From: Octopus vulgaris
Taxonomy: Eukaryota
Direction of reading: 5' to 3'
NCBI GenBank assembly: GCA_951406725.2
Contig: OX597825.1
Coordinates: 75,950,001 to 76,014,000, forward strand
DNA: 64,000 bases
Notes under the pieces: model-generated
The model's input: the letters and a program-made list of their open reading frames with translations, nothing else
What the model was told of the DNA's origin: nothing
Databases searched by the model: none
Part shown: positions 12,586 through 25,768 of the stretch, in pieces
Numbering within the stretch: position 1 is the stretch's first letter
Layout: each line of letters begins with the position of its first letter
Program-made: the position numbers and the translations under genes

Positions 12586-15500
12586 TCAGGACTGACTTAA
12601 CTCTTTATATACTGTTCTTCTGTAACTGACTTTTATTTACCAGTAACAAACAGCCTTTTTTTTTAACCATCTTGTATCATCTGCTTGTGCTCTATCTCCA
12701 CATGTATCAGTCTGTCTCCTGTATATACAACAGCTAGTGTTTTTGTAACTCTCTCATCCTCTGTCTTTCTTGTGCGTTACTATTACTCATCAGCTCTTAC
12801 TTTGTTCCTGTCCAATTCCTGTACTTACTGCCATTCTTTGATTACTGTACAATATCACACCTAAACAGTCTACCTTCCATATTTTTGAACTTTTGTGAAT
12901 TTTCTGATAGATTTTGCAATAAGATCCATCATTCACCATACACAGGTTCTTATAAGAGTAGATTCCTGTCCTGAGCTCCAGTGTAATTTCAGTATTAAGA
13001 TATTTTGCTTATCTATACATAAGATATACCTCATCATCACCTTTCACTTTCAGATATTTCTTGTCATGTCCTCCTTGTTGCCAGCCACCATAGCCTCTTG
13101 CTTTAAAGGTAGTCCTTGTTACAACCTAATTTTAAGACATTTTGTACAAAATTGCCATTCAAAATATTTTCCTACTTTGACCTCTCACTTCAAGGTACTT
13201 GTCTTCATTCTTCTGGTCATCTGTTACTCATGCTAATGGACATGTATACATAGCAGTATCTGAATATAGATGTTCTTGAGGCGAATAAAACAAAATCATA
13301 ATTATATTGTTTAATCAAGCTAAAACTGGTGTATATCATAACGATCTCCCCACTCTTTATATAACTATACACCTAGTGCTAGAGTTATTTGTGATTAGTG
13401 TAGCTGACACAGTTCTAGTGTTATAAGTGATTAATCTGGCCAATCTATCTATACACTGTGTTGGAGTTATCAGTGATTAATATGACAGAAATAGTTTTCA
13501 CTTCCTGCAAACAATAAATAGACTGTTACCTTTATCTGGACAATTATACACTTGGCTCTCCCTCTTATTCTGCCTCCATGTAAACATTTGTACTCCTGAT
13601 TCTACTTCCATTAATTAATACTACCTACCTTGATATTAATTAGTGTTTTTAAAAGGTATTTATTTATTTGTTTTATCTTATATACCTAGGAGTACTCACA
13701 CCGGGTACTACTCAGTCTCCTCTTCTGCATGCCACATCATCTCAACATGCTTGTATAATTATTACTTTTCAGTATTTTAAGGTTATTTTTTTCCTTGTAT
13801 AGCATAATGTTTTGGCAGGGGCAGTAATTAAGAAAGATGCCAGCCACTTTGTTAAATGAACCAGATGTGTTTGTAGTTGCACCGTTACTATGGAGAATGT
13901 CTTTCCAAACTGTAAATGATAGAAGTGTTTATCAGTTTGTCAGTGAGATGAGAGATAGAGACTGGGGTTTCTAGTTGTGGTAATGGTGGGGACATACATT
14001 GGAGAAAGAATGGAACGGTGGAGGGAAAAAACTAATTAGCTGATCCTTTATTTCTTCACCAAGTGCCACACTTGAAGCATTAGTTTTCACTTCATCATGT
14101 CACACCGTTACACACCGTGTGTTTCTATTTCTGGTCTTTTTTGTGTCAGCCATAGACCATCACTAACCTCCTTATTTAGTACCAAATCAGTCCTGATCAA
14201 GCAGACCTACAATTATCAGTGTTTCAGCTCTGACCATCTGCTCTTTTTCTCGAGAATAATGTATCTAGGACTATATCATTCAATGTGTTTTTACTTCCTT
14301 ATTTTTAAAGAAAGTATGTATTGATTTGAAGGAGATTTGGCTGTTGTCTCTAGCAGGTCAAATGAAGTTCATGTAGAAGTTTCCTCATTGACTTATGCCA
14401 GAAGGCCAGTTATTTGTTAAAAACATAAAATATAAATAGATTGAGGGCAAGATAAAGTAATCCAAATGAAGTATTCATTGTTTTATCCAAAGTATGAATA
14501 TAAGGAGATAAAAGAATTTTCAAAATAAAATTGAACTACAGGAAGGCTGGGAATAGACTAAACATTGCAGAGAACTGGATCTGACCTATGGGTCATATTT
14601 TTGTCTCCCTTAATATATAACTCTGATGTATGTTGGGTAAGGACAGAAAGAGTACAACTGTAAATACCGGCAAGTGAAATGGGGGTTCCTCCAAAGGCTC
14701 TCTGCAGTAACATTACTTGACAGAGTCCATAGCTCTTAAAACCTCAGCAGTTCAGTTGAGGGTATTGACTTTCGGGTAAATGTTTAGGCAAATCGTACAA
14801 ATTTCAACAGTACCCTGTATCCTTGGTCAAAATCCACCTGTTGCAAATTGAATTATTGAAGGTTAATACACACGTAACAAGAAAAATTTTCACACGCCTT
14901 ACCCAGACAAACCAAACTACATCTCTTCTCTTCCACACATTTCTCTTTCATGCTTATCTCTCACTCCCCAATCCTGTCCTCACTGCCCTGCTAACTGTAT
15001 CATTGCCATACCATAGTCCCCCACCCCCTCTAATCACCCAGGTTTTCCGCCAGTCACTGCCTTCCCTACCCCAACACTCTGTGGATCCATGTGATGTCTT
15101 CACTCCATACTCACCCTTCATTGGTGATACCTTGCCACTCATATTATGACTTGTGTACTTTGAGAGTATGTCCTGGCACTTGCCCCTCCATTTCTCTCTC
15201 TCTCTCTCTTCCTTTACTATCTCACTTATATTCTGATCTCCTTCCTTGTGAGTATGCCCTGTAACTTTAACGCCATCTCTCTCCTGCTCTCCCTTGCAAT
15301 CTTGCTACCTTCCATCTTCTCTCTTTCTCTCTCTCTCACCATGTACCACCTCCAAAGCCCTATCCTCTCTTAAAGGATCTTTGTCTTGTAAGTTATTTAG
15401 TGACTCTGCCAGTGCTGGTGCCACTTAAAAAGCATCCACTGAAGTGGTTGGCATTTGGAAGGTCATCCAACTGCAAAAACCATGCCTAAACCCACCTTGC

Positions 15501-16495
15501 CTGTACTGGTGCCATGTAAAAAGCACTCAGTCCACTCTGCATGGTGATTGGTGTTAGGAAGGGCATCCAGCCATGAAACCCATGTCAAAACAGATATAGA
15601 AGTCTGGTGCAATCTTTTGCCTGGTCAGCTCCTGTCAGACCATCCAATCCATGCCAGCATGGAAAGCAGATGTTAAATGATAATGATGACGATGAACCCA
15701 TTAACTGTGAAATTAAATTTCATAGTTATTCCAATAATGATGTGACATATCTACCAAAGAATAGAATTGGCATTTTCAGCAAGTAAACTGGACATATCAC
15801 AACAGGAAGTAGTCTTCAAAGAAGACATTTTTCAACAAAAGGTAGATTGGTATATAAAACTGCTTTCCGAAGTTAAGAGTGATGAAATTTTGAGTGGATA
15901 TATCTGATTTCAGCAGTAAAAGAGTTAAACATTTTGTATCCTAGCAGATAATTTGGTTATCAACTTTGGATACATATTTAGGTAAATACTATATATTCCA
16001 ACATTTTCCCACCGTATCATTGGTCATAACTCTTCGCTCTTATTCACTCATATTCTTCTTAACCATAGTAAAAATGTCAAAATTAATACATACCAGTAAC
16101 TTCTTAAAGTTCATTGATGCAGTTTGAATCATTGAAGGTTAATTACATTTGTTTAGACAGGTTTTTTTTTTACCTGTAACAAGATCATACTGCACTTAAG
16201 AAATGAGTCAGAAGTTCAAACAGGTAACTATTGTTTTCACCATCACTGCTGTTTCTGTGTCTGCCTTTTCCATGATGGCATGGGCTGGATGAAGCTTATT
16301 GAGACAGTACTCCACTGCTAGATGCCTGTCCAGACACCTATCCTTGTTTCCTGTGTAAGAAGGTATTGTATTCCACAGCTTCACATTAACTGCTGAGCTG
16401 TTTGTGCAGAGCATAGACAGCTTCATTGTTAGCTGACTAACATTGATGCACAGACGCAAATATGTTTTTTGAACAATGCACGCAACCACACACAA

Positions 16496-16543
<48 letters not shown>

Positions 16544-16794
16544 ACACACACACACACACATACACACAGAGACAGACAGACAGACAGAGCTTCTATTTAA
16601 CTAGTTTCACTCATAAGGCATCAACTGACCTGAAACTTTTGAAGACATCTACCCAAACTACCACAAGTAGGGGACTGAACTTGAAACCATATGGTTGCAA
16701 ATTAAACTGCTAAATTATACAGCCATGCCTGCATATAATAATGTTAATAATGATAATTATAGTAATGAATTGTTGGAAAGACACTTGGCAAGAA

Positions 16795-16935
16795 GCGGAA
16801 GCAAAATTGGAAGATGATGATGATAATAATATTGATAATAATAATCATGATAAGGAAATGATGATTAATAGTAAAAATGATAATAGTAATGATAATAATG
16901 ATAGTAACAATGATGATGATGTTGATAATAATAAG
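16795..16935. repeat. (AAT/GAT)n low-complexity tract
   Basis: Direct inspection; it explains the N/D-rich ORF 16741-17124. Confidence 0.85.
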
Positions 16936-17401
16936 GGTTTCAAATTATGGCATAAGGCCGAAAAGTTTAGGAAAGGAGGTAAGATGATTACATCAACCCC
17001 AGTGCTCAACTGGTACTTATTTTATCAATCCCGAAAGGATGAAAGGCAGAGTTACCTTCGACTGGATTTGAACTCAGAATGTAAAGAGTTGGAAGAAATG
17101 CCATTAGTTCACTCTCTGCCATAAGAAGAAGAATGTGTATAATAGCATTTTTTTTATTTTTTAAGGAAATACTTGTCAAGTATGGTCTGCCAAACATGTT
17201 ATTTATTGGTTAACAAGTTTGATGTAATCATACAGCTGAAAATAATTGTACAGTCAAACCTCCATTAATTCTTCAACAAGATGTAAATAATTCCACCAAA
17301 TCCAATTTTATGTTGATTTAGGTGAGCAATATTTATTTAAAATGATGCCACAATTAAACTACACCAGAATTAAACAATGCGGAAAAGTTTATAACTTTTA
17401 C

Positions 17402-17612
17402 TACTGTATCTTCCAGCATATAAGTCAAATTTTTACAAGACCAAAATTTATAGCCAAAAACAGGTTAAGTTGACTTATTCATCAAGACAACTTTGAAGGA
17501 CGAAAAACTTCCATGTGAAATGCAGCAGGATATGGAGAGACAGTGATGATGTTTGAATTGTTACATGTTTACACCGTTCACTACTTTAACTCGAATGCCT
17601 GAAAATACAGTA
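17402..17612. mobile_element. Tc1/pogo(Tc2)-like MITE, about 210 bp
   Basis: TACTGTATCTTCCAGCAT ... ATGCCTGAAAATACAGTA inverted ends with TA flanks. Related copies at about 3805-4000 and about 42725-42872, and one split by the Helitron (26675-26710 plus 28868-29023). Confidence 0.75.
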
Positions 17613-17703
17613 AATGCTATTGATTCATCATCCTTATTTAATACCCTCTTTTCCATGTCTGCATGGACCTGACAGAATTTGATGAGGTAAATATTCTATG
17701 TCA

Positions 17704-18133
17704 GTTAAGTTAAGTTAAGTTAATTTTTTGGCTCAAAAAGCAAAAAGCAAGGCCATGTAGGGGGACATGGAGTTATTTACAGGGGTGTTCATGCAAAGAG
17801 TTCAGGCCATTTCTGATCAAGAGAGGCTTTGAACCGAGCGGTCGTCAGCATCTTCACTATCTTGTCTGGCAGCTTATTCCACGGATCCACAACCCGGACG
17901 GAGAAAGCCCCTCTCCTTCGATTGAGATGAAATCGTCGCAGATGGAGCTTTTCGGAGTGACCCCGCAGCCTACGCTCTGGAGCAGGAGTGAAGAACTGCT
18001 CTTTTGAGAGGTTACACTTTCCACTTATGATGTTGTGAGCAAGAATGAGATCACCACAGCGTCGTTGTTTTTCTAGAGAATAAAGGTCGAGCATCTTCAG
18101 CCTTTCTTCATAAGACAAATTCTTGAGACCAAG
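17704..18133 (-). mobile_element. 5'-truncated CR1-clade LINE, 3' end (ORF2 C-terminus)
   Basis: ORF 17789-18118: YEERLKMLDLYSLEKQRRCGDLI...RGHSEKL...AFSVRVVDPWNKLP, typical CR1 ORF2 C-terminal motifs. (AACTT)n tail at about 17704-17723. Nested in an older SINE. Confidence 0.88.
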
Positions 18134-18351
18134 CTGCCTTTCCTGTCACCAACACTCACCTGTTTCCAAGCAAGGTTATATTTCCTTACGGCCAGACATG
18201 TTTTTCACAGAAGAATGGATACTTACCATCATGTGATGTCTAGACAAGGTACACACAAACACATAAATTAGGTATGACAAGATCGTTAGTATAAAAGAAA
18301 ATCCATCAAAATTTACCCTCCAATTTAATTAAGGATATAAAACTATTGCAT

Positions 18352-19100
18352 AATCATCATCATTTAATGTCCATTTCCATGCTGGACAGCTTGACAGGAG
18401 ATGGTGAGGCTAGGGGCTGCATCAGGTTCCAGAGTCTGTTTTGGCCTGGTTTCTACTGCTGGCTGCCCTTCCTAATGCCATCTATTTTACAGTGTGTACC
18501 AGGTGCTGTTGACATGGTGTCATCACCAGTTCTTTTTATCCGACACCATCACCAGTTCTTTTTCACATTCTGTTGCTGTGGTTGGGTCTTCTTGAGTACA
18601 GCAATACATCATATATTTTGGTCCTTTGTCATCTCATTCGTTAAGTTCAGTGTTTTGAGATCAGCTATCAATACTTCATCCCATGTCTTCCTTGGGTTTC
18701 CCTCTTCTATAAGTTCCATCCACTTTAAGTGATCAGCACTTCTTTATGTAACCGTCCTCATCCATCTGCTTCACATGACCAAACAAAACAGTCTTCCCTC
18801 TTGCACATTGCATCTAATTCCTCTTATGCCTATCTTTTTTCTCAATACACTAGCACTCTGTTGCATATGTACACTAACATTGCACGTCCAATGGAGCATA
18901 CCAGCTTTGTTCCTCTCTAGTCTCCACATGTCCTCTGCATTCAGGACCCACATCTCACTATCATGTAACATAACAGTTCATACAGATGCATAATACAATC
19001 TTCCTTTCACCCGGGAAGAGAGAGAGAGAGAGAGAGACTTTTGGTTGCATCTTAGGTAAAAGCTCTCTGCATTTTCTCCATCCTATTCTTATTCTAGGGT
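18352..19100 (-). mobile_element. 5'-truncated RTE LINE relic
   Basis: MLHDSEMWVLNAEDMWRLERNKAGMLHWTCNV...IRCNVQEGRLF is homologous to 24410-24620, followed by the RTE 3' tail and (ATG)n. Confidence 0.85.
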
Positions 19101-19329
19101 TAATATTTTTGCTGCCATGTAATATTGCTTACTGGGAAGAAAAATATTTGTAATGTTGTTATTGTTGTTGTTGTTATCATTAGGATATACTAAAAACAAT
19201 GATGATGTAATAAGTCCTGCATTATAAAAAAAAGTTCTAGATTCCAATGTATGGAATATCAGTTGCTGTTGTTTAGACTAAGAGGTGCTACTTTTAAATG
19301 TCATCTGCTCATGTATGATGTAAGTAACT

Positions 19330-19900
19330 ATTTTTAGGCCTGTTTCTTTTCTTAATTTCTTTTTTGTGAGTGTGTTTCATAAGGGAGGGGATATGTTCCT
19401 CTTCTTTGTGTCAGGACCACCTTCGGTGGAAGGGTACATGAATAAATTTGATATGGAATTTGTGAAAGTTGGTGGTTAGTATTCAGTAAGAATACTTTAG
19501 AGGCAAGCATATTCCAGAGTGGGAATGGTTGAATAAATAAGGGACAGTTTTTTTTTTTATTTTATGAGAAAAGGGGTCAGAGGAGTTGTAACATGTGGAA
19601 AGGCTAGTGAATTTAGGTAGTTTTAGCTGAAAAGTTTAGAAAAACATTCTGTTAAGGATACAAATATGCAGATATAATTTAAACAACTAAGGGAGCATGT
19701 AATGCCTGTAATGCTTTCTGGATTTAGCTAAAAGGAAGTTTTCTCTAGAGATTAGTATGCCAATAGTACATAGAGGGCTGTTTTGTGTTCCCTGAAGAAG
19801 AAAATGTTATTCAAGTTCTTGTGGTTTTTTAATAATTGTCTTAGCATGGCAAATGTTGTGGCTGGAACACGATTTTATGTTTCCAAATTCTAAAATAATC
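19330..19900 (-). mobile_element. Possible ancient LINE (Jockey/I/CR1-like) remnant
   Basis: The minus strand near 19500-19550 reads KLSLIYSTIPTLEYAC, resembling the LYKxxIRPxLEYA motif. The rest is unrecognisable and the boundaries are guessed. Confidence 0.3.
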
Positions 19901-19991
19901 CTTCTAAACTGACTAGACTAATTTATCAGTTTCTGTGTGGGTGTTAGTGTGAAGAAAGGGTTTGATGTCTTTAAGAATAAGTGTGTGTGTC

Positions 19992-20037
<46 letters not shown>

Positions 20038-20044
<7 letters not shown>

Positions 20045-21333
20045 CTTGAGGACATACCTTTTTTGGGTCATTGCTGCATTTTTTTGCTAACTCTGTATAA
20101 TCTTGTTTTAGAAAATAATAATGGCAGACCCTCAGCTTACCTATATTAACAGTTTAGATCTTAATTATAAAAAACATATGAAACCATTATTCAATGCTAA
20201 TTCAAGAAATGAAGAGGTATGCAGTTATTGTGGTTATAAAGTCTGAGCATAGCGATTTAGAAATATCTCAATTTTTAAAAGTTCGTCTACAAAGTTTGTA
20301 AGGAGCTAGAGACTGAAAATGGAAACATATCACCAGTGTCAAAGCATAAAATGCATTCTAAACACTCTGAAATCATCAGAACACCTGAATTATCCAGCAA
20401 GTTCAACAGACCATTGATTACAATCCCAGAAAGTTCATGAGGTCAATTGCAAAAGATCTCCATGTGTCAGAAGGAACAATCAGATATGTTGTTCACAAAG
20501 ACATCAGATATATCTTATATGATGAGGAAAGGTCAATTTGTCAGAAAAAGCGAAAGAAAATCACTACATCAGATCTAAAAGATTCTTAAACAAACTGAAA
20601 AATCCAACAGAGGAAGATTTGATTTGGTTTTACTCAAACGAGAAAAACTTCGACCAAGATCAAAAAGTTAACAGAAGAAATGACAGATGGTTATGTGCAA
20701 ACCCTTTTGAAGTTCCAAGTGTTATGCATACAAAATTCTTGCAACTGTCATGGTTTTAGGGGTTGTCAGCATTGGACATGTGATGCCTCCTTACTTCTTT
20801 CCAAAAGGCCTTAGAGTTAACGCTGCTGTCTACTTTGAGGTCCTGGAAACAATTAAGCCCTGGATAGACAGTGTATGCAATGGGAGGTCATATGTGTTTC
20901 AGTAAGACTGCACTATCACACATCGCTCTAATAACATAGGAATGGATGGCTGAAAATTTTTGTGATCACTTAACACCTAACATTTGGCCTCCTAATTCCC
21001 CAGATCTCAATCCATGTGGAGTATTGTTGAGAGAGAGGTCAATGAACATGCCCATAATATCAAAGATTCTTTGAAAGATGCTTTAGTCAGAGTAATGTCC
21101 AAAATGAACCAGGACCACTTCATTTGAGCATGTAGATGATTTAGATCTCCTACAGAAGCAGTTGTAAAAGCTGAAGGTGGCTTTATTGAATAACATAGAA
21201 AAGAAGGTTTATTTTTATCTTCATAGCATTTTTTGATAAATAAAGTTATCTGTTATTATATATCTGGGTTTTTTTTAATTTTTTTTTTTTATATATAAAT
21301 ATAAATCTGTCCTGAAATATCTTACACACCCTG
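20038..21333 (+). mobile_element. Decayed near full-length Tc1/mariner-superfamily transposon, DD37D (maT) type
   Basis: About 1.3 kb. Fragments WFYSNEKNFDQDQKVNRRNDRW, VMVLGVVS..GHVMPPYFF, YVFQ*D, IWPPNSPDLNP, AVVKAEGGFIE*. After repairing a frameshift the D2-D3 spacing reconstructs to 37 (the third Asp codon itself is deleted here). Right end ...ACACCCTG|TA; left end a degenerate TAGGGT inside (TA)n. Confidence 0.85.
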
Positions 21334-23361
21334 TATATATGTGTAAGAGTATAAAAAAAAAATTGCATCCCTCTACCAAGCCATGTTGTATCAAACCAGC
21401 ATGAGCTCAAACTCAAATTCACATCCTCCACATCAGACTGTGGTTGGTAGAAAGAGCATGCCGAGGCCTTCATCCTGAGGTTAACTGAACATAGGCAATT
21501 CAATCCAATCTAATATATAATGTAATGTTTTGTTATTGGTAGGGTCAGGAAGAAATTACTTCATTCAGTGAGAGATAAATATTTTTTATACACACGATTT
21601 AAAGTCAAGCTACTACTATCAGTTCCATACTTTGAAAACACAATGGTCAGACAAACTTGTAAAGCATGCTGTATGTTACCATGCAATCTTTCAGATTCAA
21701 ATATAAAACATGTATGTTTGAGTCTGAAAGAAACTAAAAGCATGAAACTGATGGCAGCTTGAATTTAAATCCTGTGTATATTGATATACTGAGTTGTATA
21801 AAATATAGATTCAGAGATTCATGTGGCTATCACACTAAGCTCCTCCTATGCTCTTGGCTATCAGTCAATGTAGTTCTCAATTATGTTGTAGTGTAATGTG
21901 ATGAGTTCATGTTAATGGAAGATCTGTGTTATAAAGTCTTCAGGGAGAAGTAAATAATGCAAAAAATAAGGAGGTGAGAGATGTGAAGATAGATTATTTT
22001 ACCATATGATTTCCATAGGATTACAACTGTTTCATAACTTCATGCAGTTTTAATTTTGGAATGCAAAACATTATACTTACATGTATGCTCTGCATTATAA
22101 TGCAAATAGAGAAAGCTAAGTCATCAGATCACCAGAACATCATGGTTATACCTATGGTCTATATAAATTCAGTTATTTTTTTTTATAGAATTTTAAATAT
22201 TGCTGTTCATCTGTTAGTGACAAGTACACATTTTTCTGTTTTACTAAAGGGCCAATTGTAAGGGATTAGTGTTTTCTTTTTTTTTTTTTTGTTATGTTAT
22301 TGATGTTTAATGATAATGGCTAGAATGCTGCCTGAACTTGTTTTCAGGAAATTCATTTTCTTTTATATGTTTGCATGGGTTGGCTGGTTTATTTGTTGTT
22401 GGAAATACTTTTGTAGCTGTACACCCTCCTTAGTATTGCCTATTCAACAACTATCAAGTAGGAGTGGAACTTGCTTTTAGCCAGTCCTACAAAGTGGAGC
22501 AAGCCATGTACCACGTTCAGGGACTAATGCAATAATAGCTGTAAGATTTGACCTCCTGATTCTGTGAATTGTCTAGAATGTACAGGTTTATTTCTAGCTG
22601 TCAGACTAATAGAATGTTTTGCTATGTTTATTCTAGTTATTTACATTATTCATGAGCAGCCTGTGGACTTCCTGAATGGTATGCCGAATGAAAAGTTACC
22701 TTAGATTTTTTTAGTAATGTAGCCCACCTGATGATGAACCATGTCTCATGTAGTCTGCTTCTCAAAAACACCATTGCCTATGCCCAGTTTACAGATTGAG
22801 TTCAAATTGCACTGAGGTCACCTATGGCTTTAATCCTTCTGGTATTAATAAAATAAAGTCCCAGTCAAGTACTGATAATGATTTAATCAACCAACACCCT
22901 CTATACAAATTTCTGGCCTTGTGCCTACTTTAAAAACAACTATGTTCACCATTTGAGAGCTGTTGCATCTAATTCTTTGCTGGTCTTTTTTTTTTTTTTG
23001 TGTGTCCTAATTTTAACACCTTAGTAGTGCATTAGCAGTGTCCTGTATCAGTGCTGTACTGCAGTATAAAATTTATTTATAGATTTTAACCTACTCTCTA
23101 TGCATAAACAGGTGCTTCTCTCCCCATCTGTGTATGCGTATAATATATACATATATATTGAACATATACATCATTTAATAAGCACAGTTTGTATTTTCAT
23201 GAGCTACTAATAGTTTCATACAATAAAAAACAACTCAGCATTTTTATCATATCTGGTGCCTTCAAGCAATCCCTAGGCTCTCCTATAAGTAGCTTATAAA
23301 AATGAAAACTGTGTTTAAGTAATATTTCATCAGATGGAGTACTTTGTTGGTTGATCTTAGT

Positions 23362-25270
23362 AACCCCATAGTCAACTGCTACAAAGGTAAAGGTGATGCT
23401 TTAGATAAAGATAATTACAGAGGTTTCAAATTGCTGGATCAGGTGATGAAAGTTACGGAGAGAGTCATAGCCCAACTAATTGGGGAGAGAGTTAAGCTAG
23501 ATGAGATGCAGTTTGGTTTTGTGCCAGGGAGAAGCACCACTGATACTATATTTCTGGTGAGGCAGCTGTAGGAGAAATACATAGCCAAAGATAAACCTCT
23601 ATACTTGGCCTTTGTTGACTTGAAGAGAGCCTTTGACAAGGTCTCCCAATCCCCTATATGGTGGTCAATGCAGAAACTAGGGATAGACGAGTGGTTGGTG
23701 AGAGCTGTGCAAACTATGTACAGGGATGCTGTGTAAGGTGAGGGTTGGCAATGAGTACAGTGAAGAATTCAGGGTACAAGTAAAGGTTCACTAAGTAATG
23801 GTGTTCAGCTCCCTCTTGTTCATCATAGTCCTCCAGGCAATAACAGAGGAATTTAAGACAGGCTGCTGCTGGGAGCTCCTCTATGCTGATGACCTTGCTC
23901 TTATAGCTGAATCCCTACCTGAACAAGAGAAGTTCCAGGTATAGAAGCAAATTCTGGAATCAAAAGGCTTTAGAGTTAATCTAGTAAAAACTAAAGTCTT
24001 AGTAAGTAGGAAGGCAAACAAATCACAAATCCCTTCAGGCAGATGGCCCTACTCAATCTGTAGAAAAGGCATAGAAGATGCACCCAGTATAAGCTTTGGA
24101 CACATAAAAGATGCAGCAATATCAGAGGAAGGTTAACAGGGAAACTAACTTTGGTATGTGGAAGATGCACAGGTACAATAAATACTGAAAATGGACAGAA
24201 AATAGACTCCGTCAACTGCCAGTGGGGCAAGCTAGAGATAGTAGATAGTTTCTGTTATCTAGGTGACCAAGTTAGTAGCAGAGGTGGATGCCCCAAGAGC
24301 ATAGCTGTGAGAATAAGATAAGGCTGGGAAAGTTCAGAGAGCTCCTACCTCTGCTGGCAACAAAGGGCCTCTATCTCAGAGTGAAAGGCAGCTTGTATGA
24401 TACCTGTGCATGAACAGCTATGCTGCATGGCAGTGAGACATGAGCTGTGACGGGCGAGGACATGCGTAGGCTTGGAAGAAATGAAGCCAGTATGCTTCGC
24501 TGGATGTGCTATGTCAATGTGCATGTTTGACAGAGTGTAAGCATCTTGAGAGAAAAGTTAGGCATAAGATGTGGTGTGAAAGAGAGACGACTGTACTGGA
24601 ATGGTCATGTGGTGCATATGGACAAGGACAGCTGTGTAAAGAAGTGCCGATCTCTAAATGTGGAGGGAACATGTGGTAGAGGTAGACCTAGGAAGACATG
24701 GAAGCATGATCTTCAAACTTTGAGCCTCACAGAGGCAATGACTGGTGACTGAGACCTTTGGCGATGTGCTGTGCTTGAGAGGACCCGTCAAGCCAAGTGC
24801 ACTTGTGCTGGTAGCATGTCAAGAACACCTTTTGAGCATTGGACCTCACGCAGGCAAAGTGGCTGAGTTCCTTTCAAGCATTGGGCCTCATGGAGGCAAA
24901 GTGGCTGAGTATCTTTCGAGTGTTGGGTCTCACATGCAATGACTAAAAACTTTGACATTATGTCATGCTTGAGAAAACTCATCAAGTTGAGTAAAAGAGC
25001 AGTCAAATCAGATACTGGTATCGTGAAAATGGGCACCTGTACCGGTGGCATGTAAGAGCACCTCGGTGTCATGCACATGGCATCAATACTGGTAGCACGT
25101 AAAAGCACCCATTGCACTATCGGAGTGGTTGACATTAGGAAGGGCGTCCAGCTGTAGAAAACCATGCTAAATCAGACTGGAGTCTGGTGCAACCTTCTAG
25201 TGTGCCAGCCCAGTCAAACTGTCCAACCCATGCCAGCATGGACAACAGACATTAAATGATAATGATGATA
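23362..25270 (+). mobile_element. 5'-truncated RTE-clade LINE relic (RT pseudogene plus 3' tail)
   Basis: YKGKGDALDKDNYRGFKLL...QFGFVPGRSTTD...AFVDLKRAFDKV...ELLYADDLAL (YADD at 23882-23893)...VDSFCYLGD...GRGRPRKTW, with stops and frameshifts; ends in (ATG)n. Confidence 0.93.
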
Positions 25271-25714
25271 CACACACACACACACACGCATATATAAAAT
25301 ATAACCTAAATGCAGGGCATCTTGAGTAAGTGTCTTCTGCAATAGCCTTGGCCCAACCCACATGTGTGTCTTCATGTTACATGTTCATTGTAAGTGAATC
25401 TCACTACCAAACAAGCAGGGTCATTCGTTTCCATTCTTCTATGAAAAACATGTCCTGACATAGGAAATATTGCCTTGCTTGGAAACAGGTGAGAGTTGAT
25501 GAAAGGAAGGTCATCCAGGTATAGAAAATCTGCCTCAGTAAATTCCATCCATCCTCTGCAAATGTGGAAGAATGAATGTTGAAACAAAACAAACACATTC
25601 TTGGCAGCTTCTTCAGTTAATAAATTACTACTAAGTGGTTTGTTTCAATGCTGTACTAGTCAACAATGTCTGTATGTGTGTATATATATACCTCTGTGTA
25701 TGTATGTATGTATG

Positions 25715-25768
<54 letters not shown>

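Noticed and set aside
12840-13800. Possible old LINE RT remnant on the minus strand
   Set aside because: Only a vague KYL-like motif; no diagnostic RT motif could be read.
16741-17124. 127-aa Asn/Asp-rich ORF
   Set aside because: An (AAT/GAT)n tract fused to an inverted SINE; no splice or homology support.
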